NCBI GenBank assembly: GCA_949298985.1
Contig: CASFYV010000013.1
Coordinates: 96,229 to 160,228 of the forward strand
Reading direction: 5' to 3'
From: an uncultured bacterium
GTDB taxonomy: Bacteria; Cyanobacteriota; Vampirovibrionia; Gastranaerophilales; Gastranaerophilaceae
Length of the DNA stretch: 64,000 bases
In this document: one piece after another, positions 48,381 through 58,846 of the stretch
How the letters are laid out: the number at the start of each line of letters is the position of its first letter
Numbering within the stretch: the stretch's first letter is position 1
The notes under the pieces: model-generated
Databases searched by the model: none
What the model was told of the DNA's origin: nothing
The model's input: the letters and a program-made list of their open reading frames with translations, nothing else
Program-made: the position numbers and the translations under genes

Positions 48381-49000
48381 AATTTAATTTAGATTTAGAT
48401 AATATTAACTATATAAAACTGACTTTTAGAACAAAGGATGACACTCCAAGCTGTACAAAAGCAGCTATAAAAAGAATTGGAGAAAAAGAAGTTTTAGCGT
48501 GTGCCAGATTTGATGAAGAAATGGATATGGATACTCCGCAAGAAGTTTTAATAAGTTTTATTTGTGTAAACGGACTTTATCGCACAAAAACTCTGTTGAA
48601 GTATATTGAAAATGATGCTCCATATGTATATTTTACTCTACAGACTCCAGAAGGACTAGAATATCAACAAAACCGTGAATATTTTAGAATAAAAATGGAA
48701 GAAAATGCGGTATTAAGTTTTGATAATACTGTTGTTTCTTGTAAAACATATGATATCTCTGCAAGTGGTGTAAAATTAATTGTACCTAATAAAATTGATA
48801 ATTTAGACGAAGTTACTATTGATTTATTATTTGATCCTAAAAATGTAAGGACTAAAGCTAAATTTGTCAGATATGATGAAGAAGATAATATCTTAAAGGC
48901 TTCTTTTAAATTTATTAATCTTCCTGAAACTTCGATTGATATAATTTCACAAAAATGTATTCAAAAACAGCTTGAATATAAAAGAAACTCTGCTATGTAA
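48377..49000 (+). CDS. YcgR-like PilZ-domain c-di-GMP receptor
   Basis: QNREYFRI (RxxxR) and DISASG (DxSxxG); N-terminal beta domain. Confidence 0.88.
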   Translation: MKFNLDLDNINYIKLTFRTKDDTPSCTKAAIKRIGEKEVLACARFDEEMDMDTPQEVLISFICVNGLYRTKTLLKYIENDAPYVYFTLQTPEGLEYQQNREYFRIKMEENAVLSFDNTVVSCKTYDISASGVKLIVPNKIDNLDEVTIDLLFDPKNVRTKAKFVRYDEEDNILKASFKFINLPETSIDIISQKCIQKQLEYKRNSAM

Positions 49001-49081
49001 CAATTTCTTAATAAAATAACAATTTCTCTATAGAACTTGTTTTTCATGTATTAGAAGTGTGTTTAAAATGGAGATTTTTGT

Positions 49082-49525
49082 ATGAATAGTATTAGTTTTT
49101 GCGGCGGAGAAACTTCCGGAAGTATTGCTAAAATTAATAATAAGCAGGATAATCAGGTGATAGATGCTGAATCTGTTGTAAATTTTCGTGGTAAAGGAGC
49201 AGAAAGTGCAGGAAGTATTGCAAAATTGCCTATAACTGAACCAATAAATCAAGATAGTTTTTCTTTTAAGGGGCGTGATAGAGAAGAAAAAAAATCTTCG
49301 TTTTTAGGTAAATTATTAGGACTAACAGTTTTATCAGCAGCTGTCATTGCAGGCTTAGGATATGCACATAAAACAAATATTATTGATAAAATTAAAAATC
49401 AAAAATTACACGATATATTGAAAAATTCTGATAAGATAACGGAGCCTTGTTACAATTTGTGTGTTAAAACAAAGAATTTTTGTACAGAGTATTATAATAA
49501 AGCTAAAAATTATTTTTCCAAGTAA
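49082..49525 (+). CDS. Single-TM hypothetical protein with an internally repeated N-terminus
   Basis: SFCG..SGSIAK, NFRG..SAGSIAK, SFKG; TM near aa 76-94. Confidence 0.75.
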   Translation: MNSISFCGGETSGSIAKINNKQDNQVIDAESVVNFRGKGAESAGSIAKLPITEPINQDSFSFKGRDREEKKSSFLGKLLGLTVLSAAVIAGLGYAHKTNIIDKIKNQKLHDILKNSDKITEPCYNLCVKTKNFCTEYYNKAKNYFSK

Positions 49526-49528
49526 TAA

Positions 49529-49807
49529 CTAGCCTCTGTTTATTCTGAACCAATTTACGAATTTGTTGAACATGTTTTCTTGGGGAATATCTTCTTCATC
49601 AATTTCTTTTGAAAATTCTATTTCATTATCATCTTTTCTTTCAAAAAGATCTTCATCTGGTTGTTCTTTACGTTTACCTTTTTGTCGCATGTACATTCCT
49701 CCGCCACCAAGACCGCCTCCATCTTTGTATGTGGCTTGAGCTTTGCTGATTGGGTTGATATCGTTAAAATCAAAAGACATAATTTTTGCCTTTATTGTAC
49801 TTTGCAT
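49529..49807 (-). CDS. Hypothetical acidic protein with a Gly run
   Basis: DGGGLGGGGMYM; likely start at MSFDF. Confidence 0.65.
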   Translation of the reverse strand: MQSTIKAKIMSFDFNDINPISKAQATYKDGGGLGGGGMYMRQKGKRKEQPDEDLFERKDDNEIEFSKEIDEEDIPQENMFNKFVNWFRINRG

Positions 49808-49873
49808 GTATATTATAACCTATTTTTTAAAAATTTCTACTTTTTATGTTAAAATCATACTAACGAGGTATTA

Positions 49874-50650
49874 ATGAAAAAGTTTTTAAGTTTATTTTGG
49901 GTGTTTATAGTATCTATATCTGCAGTTTTTGCAAAAGATATGCGTTTTGTTCAAGTTACTGATATTAGGTTTTCCGATGAAAATGCTCAAATGTTTGAGG
50001 ATTTTATTGATGAAGTAAATAAACAAAAAAATATTGAGTTTGTAGTTTTTAATGGTGATAATATTGCTAAACCTGATAAAATAGAATTAGAGAAGTTTCT
50101 TGGAAAAATAAAAAAATTAAATAAACCTTTTTATATAGTTTTAGGTGAAAAAGACGTAAATAAACATAAACATTTGAGTAAAGAAGATTATCTTAAAACA
50201 ATAAAAAAACAATATAGAAAATATAAACCTGAAAATAGTAATTATGTTTTTGAGCAAGATAAATTTATTTTTATTGTTGTAGATGGATCGAAAGAAGTTA
50301 TCCCAAGTACAAATGGATATTATAAAGAAGATACTCTTAGTTGGTTAGAAAATCAATTAAATTTATATCCTGATAAAAATATTATAATTTTTCAGCATTT
50401 TCCGTTGATTCCTCCTGCCGAAAAAGAAACGTATTATACATTTAAACCTGAAAAATATCTTGAAATATTAACTAAACATAATAATGTAAAAGCTGTAATT
50501 TCAGGACATTTTGGCGTAAATAAAGAAATAACCGTAAACGGTATTAATCATATTTCAACCGCAGGATTTCCTTATTATAGAGTGGTTGATATTTTAGATT
50601 ATGAAACCAAAAATCCTGTTATATGGGCAGAATTAAAAGAAATTAAATAA
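49874..50650 (+). CDS. Secreted calcineurin-like metallophosphoesterase with degenerate motifs
   Basis: Signal peptide; QVTDIR, FNGDN, LGEKD, FQHFP, SGHF. Confidence 0.85.
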   Translation: MKKFLSLFWVFIVSISAVFAKDMRFVQVTDIRFSDENAQMFEDFIDEVNKQKNIEFVVFNGDNIAKPDKIELEKFLGKIKKLNKPFYIVLGEKDVNKHKHLSKEDYLKTIKKQYRKYKPENSNYVFEQDKFIFIVVDGSKEVIPSTNGYYKEDTLSWLENQLNLYPDKNIIIFQHFPLIPPAEKETYYTFKPEKYLEILTKHNNVKAVISGHFGVNKEITVNGINHISTAGFPYYRVVDILDYETKNPVIWAELKEIK

Positions 50651-51341
50651 ATATTTTAGGTAAAGCAAGGCAAAATGCTTTTATGGTATTACCTAAATTT
50701 TGAAATCGATTATTTTTTAAATTTTTTATTTTATTAAAATCAATGTTTTCGCCAAAATTGTGTTTTTCAAGAATTTCTTTTAGTCCACTTACATTTTGTA
50801 ATTGTTGACACGTATTAAAATGATCTCTTAAAGATAGTTTTTTTTCCGGTTTGAATTCAGGAGATGATGCTATATTATCACATAACATACTTTTTAAATT
50901 CATCTTTTTACCGCTTTCCGGATGGTGGGAAGAATGCTTTCTATGAAATTTAGATACAAAAGATTTTGGGAAACCTAATGTATATAGAATTAATTTATCA
51001 GCATCGTGTGTAATGCTATCAATAGAAATTTTTCCAAATAATTCTTTTTCAATTAGGGCATAAATAATTTTATGGTCATAAGTATGGCTTATATTTTTAG
51101 CATAGTTGTGAGCGTATGTTTTAAATTTTGATAAAAAAGATTTTTTGGTTTTGTTTAAGCCAGAAAGACCGGCAGCACATTCAATCGCAACCGGTCTTTT
51201 TATAAACACATCTCTTTTTTCTCTAACCCTCTCCGCAAAATTTATTGGTCCTTCGCGGAACGGTAAATCAGTTGTTTTAGGGGTTAACTGATACAAATTA
51301 TAAAAATTAGGGTGAGTTTTACACTTTATTTCCATATCCAA
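50643..51341 (-). CDS. His-rich HD-related (DUF5662-like) protein with an N-terminal extension
   Basis: HTYDHK...HDADK...HRKHSSHH...MLCD. Confidence 0.55.
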   Translation of the reverse strand: MDMEIKCKTHPNFYNLYQLTPKTTDLPFREGPINFAERVREKRDVFIKRPVAIECAAGLSGLNKTKKSFLSKFKTYAHNYAKNISHTYDHKIIYALIEKELFGKISIDSITHDADKLILYTLGFPKSFVSKFHRKHSSHHPESGKKMNLKSMLCDNIASSPEFKPEKKLSLRDHFNTCQQLQNVSGLKEILEKHNFGENIDFNKIKNLKNNRFQNLGNTIKAFCLALPKIFI

Positions 51342-51368
51342 TTATTGCATAAAAAACTTTTCTTGCAA

Positions 51369-51728
51369 CTACTGGTTAATAAATCTTAAAAATTCTTTAA
51401 AAAAACCTTTAATCCCATTCTGCCAAGGTTTTGCAACACCTTTATAATATTGTTCATAATCTGAAATTATGTTTTGTGGTAGATACTTTCCTTCAACAAG
51501 AGTTTGAGCTAAATATTCCAAGTAATCATTTTGAGCTTCTCTATATTCAATATCTTTATAACGTATCTCGGCATCTGCTTCAAAATGTACTAACGCGTGA
51601 TAAGCACATTGTATGTTTTTATCATTTGTTTCAGGAAATAATAAAATAGCTTCTCTAGCCGTTTTACGTTCTGTTAAAACTGCGTAAATTAATCTTCCTA
51701 CAAATTTTCGGTTATTAATTTCATTCAT
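51369..51728 (-). CDS. Hypothetical protein
   Basis: 119-aa ORF overlapping the upstream gene's stop. Confidence 0.75.
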   Translation of the reverse strand: MNEINNRKFVGRLIYAVLTERKTAREAILLFPETNDKNIQCAYHALVHFEADAEIRYKDIEYREAQNDYLEYLAQTLVEGKYLPQNIISDYEQYYKGVAKPWQNGIKGFFKEFLRFINQ

Positions 51729-51993
51729 ATTTATATGGATTTTCTATTTTGAAATCAAAACTAGGCATTTTAGGTCCAAAAGAAAAGTTGTAGTTTGTTT
51801 TGGACCCTTCAGATAAATCTATTATTCCGTCTTTTCTTTCATTCTGAGGCTCAACATATTGAGCAAATTTTCGTTTTGCTTTTATAATTGATGAGTTTTG
51901 TTTTTTATCGCATGCTGATAGACAAGTTGAAATTAATAAGGCACACAATAATAGGGCATAAATCTTATTCATAATAAAATCCTTTAATACCAT
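51721..51993 (-). CDS. Putative lipoprotein
   Basis: Hydrophobic leader with a CLSA-C lipobox-like site. Confidence 0.65.
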   Translation of the reverse strand: MVLKDFIMNKIYALLLCALLISTCLSACDKKQNSSIIKAKRKFAQYVEPQNERKDGIIDLSEGSKTNYNFSFGPKMPSFDFKIENPYKYE

Positions 51994-52109
51994 GATAGCA
52001 CATTGAAATGTATTACTTATCCTACTAAAGAATTAAAAAGTTTTCTTTTATTTTTAATTATCTTTATTGTATAATCACCATATAATTTTCAGTAAGGAGA
52101 TAATAATAA

Positions 52110-53054
52110 ATGAAAGTAAGCGTTAAAGTACCTGCAACATCAGCAAATTTAGGACCTGGTTTTGATTGTTTAGGTATTGCACTTCCTATATATAATACAA
52201 TAACAATAGAAGAAACTGTTCTTCCTGGCACTGGTATTGAGATAAATTTAATGTCAGAAGAAGAAACGATTGATGAATTGATATTTGATGAAATCCCTCG
52301 CGATGAAAACAATATTGTTTATAAAGCAGTGGAGATGTTATATAATTCAATTGGTCAAGAGCCTTCTGAATTAAGAATAAATATTCAATCTCAAATTCCA
52401 ATAACCAGAGGCTTAGGTAGCTCTGCTGCTGTTATTGTCGGAGGTTTAATGGCAGCTAATAAATTGTTAGGTTCTCCTGCTGATGAAACAGCAATTTTAT
52501 CAATAGCTACGGAAGTTGAAGGTCATCCTGATAATGTTGCTCCGGCTATTCTTGGTGGGTTTGTTTTATCTTCTCAAGAGGATGACGGTTCTGTTATATA
52601 TAGAAAATTAGATTGGCCTGAAGAATGGGATATTACGGTTTGTATTCCTGATTTTGAATTATCAACAAATATTGCAAGATCTGTTTTACCGGAAAATATT
52701 CCTATGCAGGATGCAATTTTTAATGCAAAGCATTTAGCGATGTTAATAGAAGCTGTTAATACAAAAGATGCAAAACTTATGAAGATTGCATTACAAGATA
52801 AGTTACATCAACCTTATAGGGAAAAACTTGTTCCTGGCATGAAAGAAATTATGAATGCATTTAAACATGAGGATGGTGTTTTAGGATGTGTTTTATCAGG
52901 TGCCGGTCCTACTTTACTTATAATCTCACATAAATATGATTTAGATAAAATTAAATCTACAGTAAAAGAAATATGGGAACCTCAAAGTATTAAAGTTGAA
53001 GTTAAAACTTTGAAAGTTGAAACAAAAGGTGCCGTTGTTTTAGAAAGTAATTAA
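52110..53054 (+). CDS. thrB: Homoserine kinase
   Basis: VPATSANLGPGFDCLG, IP..RGLGSSAA, EGHPDN, LSGAGPT. Confidence 0.97.
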   Translation: MKVSVKVPATSANLGPGFDCLGIALPIYNTITIEETVLPGTGIEINLMSEEETIDELIFDEIPRDENNIVYKAVEMLYNSIGQEPSELRINIQSQIPITRGLGSSAAVIVGGLMAANKLLGSPADETAILSIATEVEGHPDNVAPAILGGFVLSSQEDDGSVIYRKLDWPEEWDITVCIPDFELSTNIARSVLPENIPMQDAIFNAKHLAMLIEAVNTKDAKLMKIALQDKLHQPYREKLVPGMKEIMNAFKHEDGVLGCVLSGAGPTLLIISHKYDLDKIKSTVKEIWEPQSIKVEVKTLKVETKGAVVLESN

Positions 53055-53067
53055 GTTTTTTTTTATT

Positions 53068-54792
53068 TTATATTTTTGCTGGAATATTTTCAAAAATATC
53101 AACGAAGTCAAATTTGTTTGTATCAAAAACACCTTTGTCTGTAACTTTAAGTTCTGGAATTACAGGAAGTGAAAGAAAAGCCATTGTCATAAATGGATCT
53201 TCTAAAGTGCATCCTATTGATTTTGCAGCATTATTAACTTCTTCTGATTTTTCTACTACATAATCGAATTCTTTATCAGACATAATACCCGCAACAGGAA
53301 GAGGTAATTCTGAAATAATCTCACCATTATTTACAACAACTTTTCCACCTTGGCATTTAATTAGTGCAACAGCAGCAAGGTACATATCATAATCGTTTGT
53401 ACCAATTACAATCATATTGTGTGAATCATGAGCCACAGTTGATGCAATAGCTCCTGATTTTAAGTTAAAACCTTTTACAAAACCCTTACCGATATTTCCT
53501 GTTGCTCTGTGTCTTTCTATTACACAAATCTTTAATGTATCTGTTTCTATATTACTTACAGCATTTCCATCTTCTATTTTGATTTTAGAATATATAGATT
53601 TTGTAATTAATTGATTAGGTATTACTTCTAATGTTTTTACAATATCGGATTTGGCTTTGATTCTGAAATCATTTCTTTCAATCCATCTGACATTAACAGA
53701 ACCTCTTACGGATGTGTTTTCACATTTTGGAATATCACAAGTAATTTTACCGTTTTCCACAACGATATTACCATTTTTAATAACAAATTGAGGTTTAAAA
53801 GATTTTAGATCCGGTAAAATAAGCATATCTGCAATGTATCCTGGAGCAATTGCTCCTCTGTCTTTTAAACCGAAATATTCTGCTGTATTTAAGCTTCCTA
53901 TTTGAATAGCTTTAATAGGATCAACACCTGCTTCAACACTTCTTCTTACCATACCATTTATGTGTTCAGGTAAATCTGAAGGATGTCTGTCATCTGTAAC
54001 AAAAATACATTTTCTTGTATTACAATTTTTTAGAACAGGTATTAGTGCATCTAAATCTTTTGCTGCAGTACCTTCCCTTATCATAATGTACATTCCTAAA
54101 CGCATTTTTTCTATTGCTTCATCAGGAGTTGTACATTCGTGGTCAGATTTTACACCGCTTGCAATATACGCACATAAATCTTTTTGAGATAATTTTGGTG
54201 CGTGACCGTCTATTCGTTTTTCTTTAGATTTAGCTAATTCAAGTTTTGCCATGACATTACTATCTAAATTTAAAACTCCTGGGAAATTCATCATTTCAGC
54301 CAAACCTAAAACCCAAGGTTTATCAATTAACAATGATAAATCGTAACTGTTTAAATCAAAACCTGAAGTTTCAAACGGAGTTGCAGGAACGCAGGATGGA
54401 AGCATTGCAAAAACATCAATTGGTAAGTCTTTTACAGCTTCTCGCATAAAACTTATTCCGTGTAAGCCTAAAACGTTAGAAATTTCGTGAGGATCAGCAA
54501 TCGCGGTTGTTGTCCCTGCTGGTAATACAACTTTTGCAAATTCAGAAGGTAGCATCATTGAACTTTCTAAATGTACGTGACCATCTATGAATGATGGACA
54601 AATATATGCCCCATTGACATCTATTTCTTTTTTGCCAATATAATTTTCGCCAATTCCTGCGATTATTCCTTTATATATTGCGATATCACCTTTGTGAATT
54701 TCTTCGGATAATACATTCACAATATTTGCATTTTTGATTACTAAATCAGCTTTTTCTAAACCTCTTGCAACGTTTATTAGTTTATCTTGCAT
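53068..54792 (-). CDS. ade: Adenine deaminase
   Basis: DGHVHLESS, ADPHEI.NV, LAEMMNFPGV, DGHAP, SDHE, TDDRHP, VAHDSHN. Confidence 0.96.
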   Translation of the reverse strand: MQDKLINVARGLEKADLVIKNANIVNVLSEEIHKGDIAIYKGIIAGIGENYIGKKEIDVNGAYICPSFIDGHVHLESSMMLPSEFAKVVLPAGTTTAIADPHEISNVLGLHGISFMREAVKDLPIDVFAMLPSCVPATPFETSGFDLNSYDLSLLIDKPWVLGLAEMMNFPGVLNLDSNVMAKLELAKSKEKRIDGHAPKLSQKDLCAYIASGVKSDHECTTPDEAIEKMRLGMYIMIREGTAAKDLDALIPVLKNCNTRKCIFVTDDRHPSDLPEHINGMVRRSVEAGVDPIKAIQIGSLNTAEYFGLKDRGAIAPGYIADMLILPDLKSFKPQFVIKNGNIVVENGKITCDIPKCENTSVRGSVNVRWIERNDFRIKAKSDIVKTLEVIPNQLITKSIYSKIKIEDGNAVSNIETDTLKICVIERHRATGNIGKGFVKGFNLKSGAIASTVAHDSHNMIVIGTNDYDMYLAAVALIKCQGGKVVVNNGEIISELPLPVAGIMSDKEFDYVVEKSEEVNNAAKSIGCTLEDPFMTMAFLSLPVIPELKVTDKGVFDTNKFDFVDIFENIPAKI

Positions 54793-55358
54793 ATTAATTC
54801 CTTACACTCTGCTAGTTTTGATAAATCTTCAGATTTTATTGCTTCATCAATCTTTTCTTTATAAACATTTATATCACTTACAATCATATCTTTTGGAAGT
54901 AATATATCAGTATTATTTTTAGAATTTGTAAAACCTTTATTTATGATTAAAAATTCTTTATACATTTCCAAAATCTTTAAATTTGTTTTATCAATAACAA
55001 AATCTTCACCCAAAAAATATTTAACATCTTTAGGCAAAAGTTCTAAGAATTTGATCATAAAATCGGTATCCGCAACATTTTCTTCTTCATTAAATTCTAA
55101 ACCATACCAACCATTATTTAAAATTTCTTGTTCCGGTTGAGCTTTAATATATGCAGCCCACATCAAGCATCCAACGTAAAATCCTAAATTATTATTAAAT
55201 AATGTCAACATTTTTTTATAATATTGACGAAATTTCATTTTCTTTTGAGATAAATTTTTAAAGCGATTTATATCTAAATAAAAATATTCTACACTTCCGG
55301 TGAATGCTAAAATATATGGTGCAAATCCGGGATCAAATTCTAAACCTTTATTAGTCAT
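54777..55358 (-). CDS. Hypothetical protein
   Basis: 193-aa ORF overlapping both neighbours in an operon. Confidence 0.75.
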   Translation of the reverse strand: MTNKGLEFDPGFAPYILAFTGSVEYFYLDINRFKNLSQKKMKFRQYYKKMLTLFNNNLGFYVGCLMWAAYIKAQPEQEILNNGWYGLEFNEEENVADTDFMIKFLELLPKDVKYFLGEDFVIDKTNLKILEMYKEFLIINKGFTNSKNNTDILLPKDMIVSDINVYKEKIDEAIKSEDLSKLAECKELICKIN

Positions 55359-56340
55359 TTATTACCACCTTTACAATATTATCTGATGATATTTTTAAAC
55401 AGTCAAGCTCTTCACAAGTTGTTTGACGTTTTTCCCACAAACAAGGTCTTAATTCACATTTGCAATTTTCATTTTTAATTGGTATAACCTTTCCATTTTG
55501 AGGAATTAATTTATTATCATCAGTGGATCCAAATATTACATAAGTTTTTACCCCTAAAGCTACTGCAATATGTAAAGGGGCAGAATCTGAGCATAAAAAT
55601 TTTTCTGCTCCTGAAATTAATTCTGCTAATTCTTTTAAATTTTTTGTTTTTCCATACATATTAATATATTTTTCAGAAGAAACTTTTTGTTGAATAATAT
55701 CAATAGTTTCTTTATCATCAGGGCCACCTGCTAATATAACTTTTTTACCAGAATCAGCAAGTTTTTCAACGACTTCTGCCCAAGTTTCTGCTGGAATTGT
55801 TTTTATCATGTTTTTTCTAACACTTAACAAACTAACTCCCGGATGAATTAAAACAGTGTTAGGTTCTATATTTTTTCTTTCTATATCTATAATTGGAAGC
55901 TCTGTTTTTATATTAGTCAAACCTTCAATTAAATCGTGATACATATTAACAGCATACTGATTTTTATTTAATTTAACAGCTTTAGTTAATAATAATTCGC
56001 TTAATTTCCCTGTATTATATCCATAACGTTTTTTTATAAAAGTTAAAAATAAAAATATAGAAATAAACTTATTAGAACCTGATGAAATTACAATATCAAA
56101 TTTTTCAGTCCAAATTTTTAACAATAATTTTGCAAGTTCAAAATATTTATTTTTACCTTTTATATTTGCAAATAAAGTTTTATCAATAACATTAGTTAAA
56201 TTTGTAATACCTTTGCTTCTATTTTCAAGAGCAAGGGTTATTTCAAAATTAGGAAATTCTTGTTTTACTGATAAAATTGTTGGTAAAAATAAAATTTCGT
56301 CACCAAGCCCGCCAAAATTTATAAATAAAATCTTTTTCAT
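55351..56340 (-). CDS. GT9 (heptosyltransferase-like) glycosyltransferase
   Basis: GGLGDEIL..P, IHPG, GGPDD, GKT.NL.ELA, DSAPLHIA.ALG. Confidence 0.92.
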   Translation of the reverse strand: MKKILFINFGGLGDEILFLPTILSVKQEFPNFEITLALENRSKGITNLTNVIDKTLFANIKGKNKYFELAKLLLKIWTEKFDIVISSGSNKFISIFLFLTFIKKRYGYNTGKLSELLLTKAVKLNKNQYAVNMYHDLIEGLTNIKTELPIIDIERKNIEPNTVLIHPGVSLLSVRKNMIKTIPAETWAEVVEKLADSGKKVILAGGPDDKETIDIIQQKVSSEKYINMYGKTKNLKELAELISGAEKFLCSDSAPLHIAVALGVKTYVIFGSTDDNKLIPQNGKVIPIKNENCKCELRPCLWEKRQTTCEELDCLKISSDNIVKVVIND

Positions 56341-56429
56341 AAGTAAGTTTTACTTGAAAAATGTTACATTTGCAATAATTGATTTCTTATTTTGGTTAAA
56401 ATATAATTTTTTTATAGAGAGTAAGATAA

Positions 56430-57743
56430 ATGAAAATTATAAATAATAATCAACAGCAAGAAGAATATAAAGCTTTTTTGAAAAATATAAGAGAAGAACG
56501 AGAAGAAACTTCTAATTTTGCGAAGTTACTTTTAACTATTGTTTTAGCTGTGCTATGTGCAGTTATAGTTTGTGTAACTTTAGTAGAAAATAATTTCTTT
56601 ATGCAAAATAATCCAGAAGATGCGGAAAATGCTACAGGATTCTTCCATTTATCAAAAGAACAACGTAAAAATTTTGAAACACCGTTTTCACCAAGAAGAC
56701 AGAATATTTTATTACTTGGAGTAGATTCGAATGGTAGCGGAACTGATATTTGGGAAGGAACTCGTTCTGACACAATTATAATTGTGAATATTGATCCTAA
56801 AACTCATTCCATCAATGCGATTTCTATACCAAGAGATAGTAAAGTTTATCTTCCGGATAATAAAGGTGTGCAAAAAATAAATTCAGCACACGCTCTTGGT
56901 GGGATTAATTTAGTTAAGAAAACTTTAAAAGAGACTTTCGGGATAAAAATTGATAAATATATAATTGTTCACGATGAAGCAGTAGAAAAAGTTGTGGATG
57001 CTTTAGGCGGAATTCCTATTTATGTAGAGAAACCTATGAAATATCACGATTATGCAGGAAAGCTTCATATTGACTTAAATAAAGGAAATACTGTTTTAAA
57101 TGGGAAGCAAGCTGTTGGATATTTAAGATATAGAAAAGACGGACTTGGTGATATTGGTAGAACACAAAGACAACAATGGTTTATGAAGAGTTTGTTTGAA
57201 AGGTTACATTCACCACAAGTTATTACTAAAATTCCGGAAGTATTGAATGTTTGTAATACATATATAAAAACGGATATGAGTTTTTATGAGCTTTCTCAAT
57301 ATGCCGCGTTTGCAAGAAGTGTAGATGAAAACAAGATAGAAATCGCAACACTGCCTGGAGCTCCTAATCAAAGAGGGTACATAAGTTATTGGATTTTAGA
57401 TCCTAAGAAGACTCAAGAAGTTATTAATCGTATGATTTATCGTGATAAACCGATTTTGGATGGGACTAAATTTAAGGCTGGAATTATGTATTCTCCTAAA
57501 AAAGAAGAAGAAGCTTTAGCTCTAAAAGAAAAATTGATAGAATTAGGGTTTGAAGTTAATACTCTTAAAATTACACATTTATCTCATACAAGATTTATCG
57601 CAAACAAAAATCAAGTTACTATTGATTTTTATAATTGGTTACAAAAAAAATTGCCAGAATTGAATAATATGCAATTTATTTATGATCCGACAGAAACATT
57701 CTCTGTTGGTAGTGATTTTACTTTAGTCCTTGCAGAAGGTTAA
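56430..57743 (+). CDS. LytR-CpsA-Psr (LCP) family protein
   Basis: TM anchor, NILLLGVD, RSDTII, SIPRD, KINSAH, YLRYR...GDIGR..RQ. Confidence 0.93.
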   Translation: MKIINNNQQQEEYKAFLKNIREEREETSNFAKLLLTIVLAVLCAVIVCVTLVENNFFMQNNPEDAENATGFFHLSKEQRKNFETPFSPRRQNILLLGVDSNGSGTDIWEGTRSDTIIIVNIDPKTHSINAISIPRDSKVYLPDNKGVQKINSAHALGGINLVKKTLKETFGIKIDKYIIVHDEAVEKVVDALGGIPIYVEKPMKYHDYAGKLHIDLNKGNTVLNGKQAVGYLRYRKDGLGDIGRTQRQQWFMKSLFERLHSPQVITKIPEVLNVCNTYIKTDMSFYELSQYAAFARSVDENKIEIATLPGAPNQRGYISYWILDPKKTQEVINRMIYRDKPILDGTKFKAGIMYSPKKEEEALALKEKLIELGFEVNTLKITHLSHTRFIANKNQVTIDFYNWLQKKLPELNNMQFIYDPTETFSVGSDFTLVLAEG

Positions 57744-57762
57744 ATTTAGAAAGGATTTTTAT

Positions 57763-58368
57763 ATGTTATTAGATTTAATTAAATCAAGAAAAAGTGTTAG
57801 AAAATACTCGCAAAAACATATTCCTGATGAAGATTTAAGAAAAATTCTTGAAGCTGGAAGATTAGCACCTTCTTGGATGAATGTTCAATCTTGGAAATTT
57901 ATTTTAATCAAATCGCAAGAAATGAAGGGTTTATTATCAGAACTTTCATTTGGCCAAGCTCACGTTAAGAATGCAGATGCTTTGATTGTATGTGTTGCAG
58001 ATATTAATGCTTGGGAAGAAGCTAAAATAACACATATAAAATCTCCAGCTCTAAATCCGTCTTTACAGGGTGAAAATGGTTTATTAATCAGAACTATGGA
58101 ACAAGTTATTTATCCTATTTCTTATATGATGTTAGAAGCGGAAACTTTAAATGTTAGATCTTGTATTATTGGTGCTCTAGGCAATGAAATTACAGGTCTT
58201 TTATCTGATGTTTATGCAAGAGTTAGAGAAAATTTGGGATTAAAAGAAAATCAAATTCTTTCAACTATAATAACTTTAGGATATGAAGAAGAACAAACTT
58301 CTACAAACAAAGTTCGTAAAGATTTTGATGAAGTTATTTCTTTAGAAAAACTAGGAAATAAATTTTAA
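57763..58368 (+). CDS. Nitroreductase-family protein
   Basis: I..RKSVRKY, EAGRLAPS..N.Q.W.F; start set at MLLDL. Confidence 0.9.
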   Translation: MLLDLIKSRKSVRKYSQKHIPDEDLRKILEAGRLAPSWMNVQSWKFILIKSQEMKGLLSELSFGQAHVKNADALIVCVADINAWEEAKITHIKSPALNPSLQGENGLLIRTMEQVIYPISYMMLEAETLNVRSCIIGALGNEITGLLSDVYARVRENLGLKENQILSTIITLGYEEEQTSTNKVRKDFDEVISLEKLGNKF

Positions 58369-58574
58369 TTAATTTTTGGTTTTCCGTTTATTGACACTAA
58401 AGCTTTTACTACTTTTGGCATTTGACAGTCAAAAGTATAGTTTGCTTTTTTTATTGAGCATTCAGAACAATTACCTTTAAGTTTATAACACTCGATTGCT
58501 TGTTCTGTCCAATTTTTTGTAATTGAACCCGAAATTGTAACTAAATTAGGTTCGCATAAAGCTTGATTTAACAT
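58365..58574 (-). CDS. Small Cys-rich hypothetical protein
   Basis: ECY...GNCSEC...DC. Confidence 0.6.
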   Translation of the reverse strand: MLNQALCEPNLVTISGSITKNWTEQAIECYKLKGNCSECSIKKANYTFDCQMPKVVKALVSINGKPKIN

Positions 58575-58846
58575 TTAAACACTATCCCCCTAATATAAAA
58601 ATAATATTAAATATTAAAGGTGTCATCATATAAAAAAATGATTTAATTAAATATGAAATGTTTGTGATTATGTAACAAAGTTGTAATAATAAGTGATGAA
58701 GACATTGCATAGATGATATATAAAGGTTATACTATTAGTATAGAATAAGTTTTGCAAGGATATGTGTCTATCATGAATGGAGTTTCTATTAAGTTTAGAG
58801 AATTGTTGTTTGTGCTTATCACGCATAAAATAAGTGAGGTAATTTA

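Noticed and set aside
58746-58773. Sigma28 promoter for the flagellin
   Set aside because: Best match TAAG-N16-GTCTATCA has 3/4 and 5/8 identity with off spacing; too weak in AT-rich DNA
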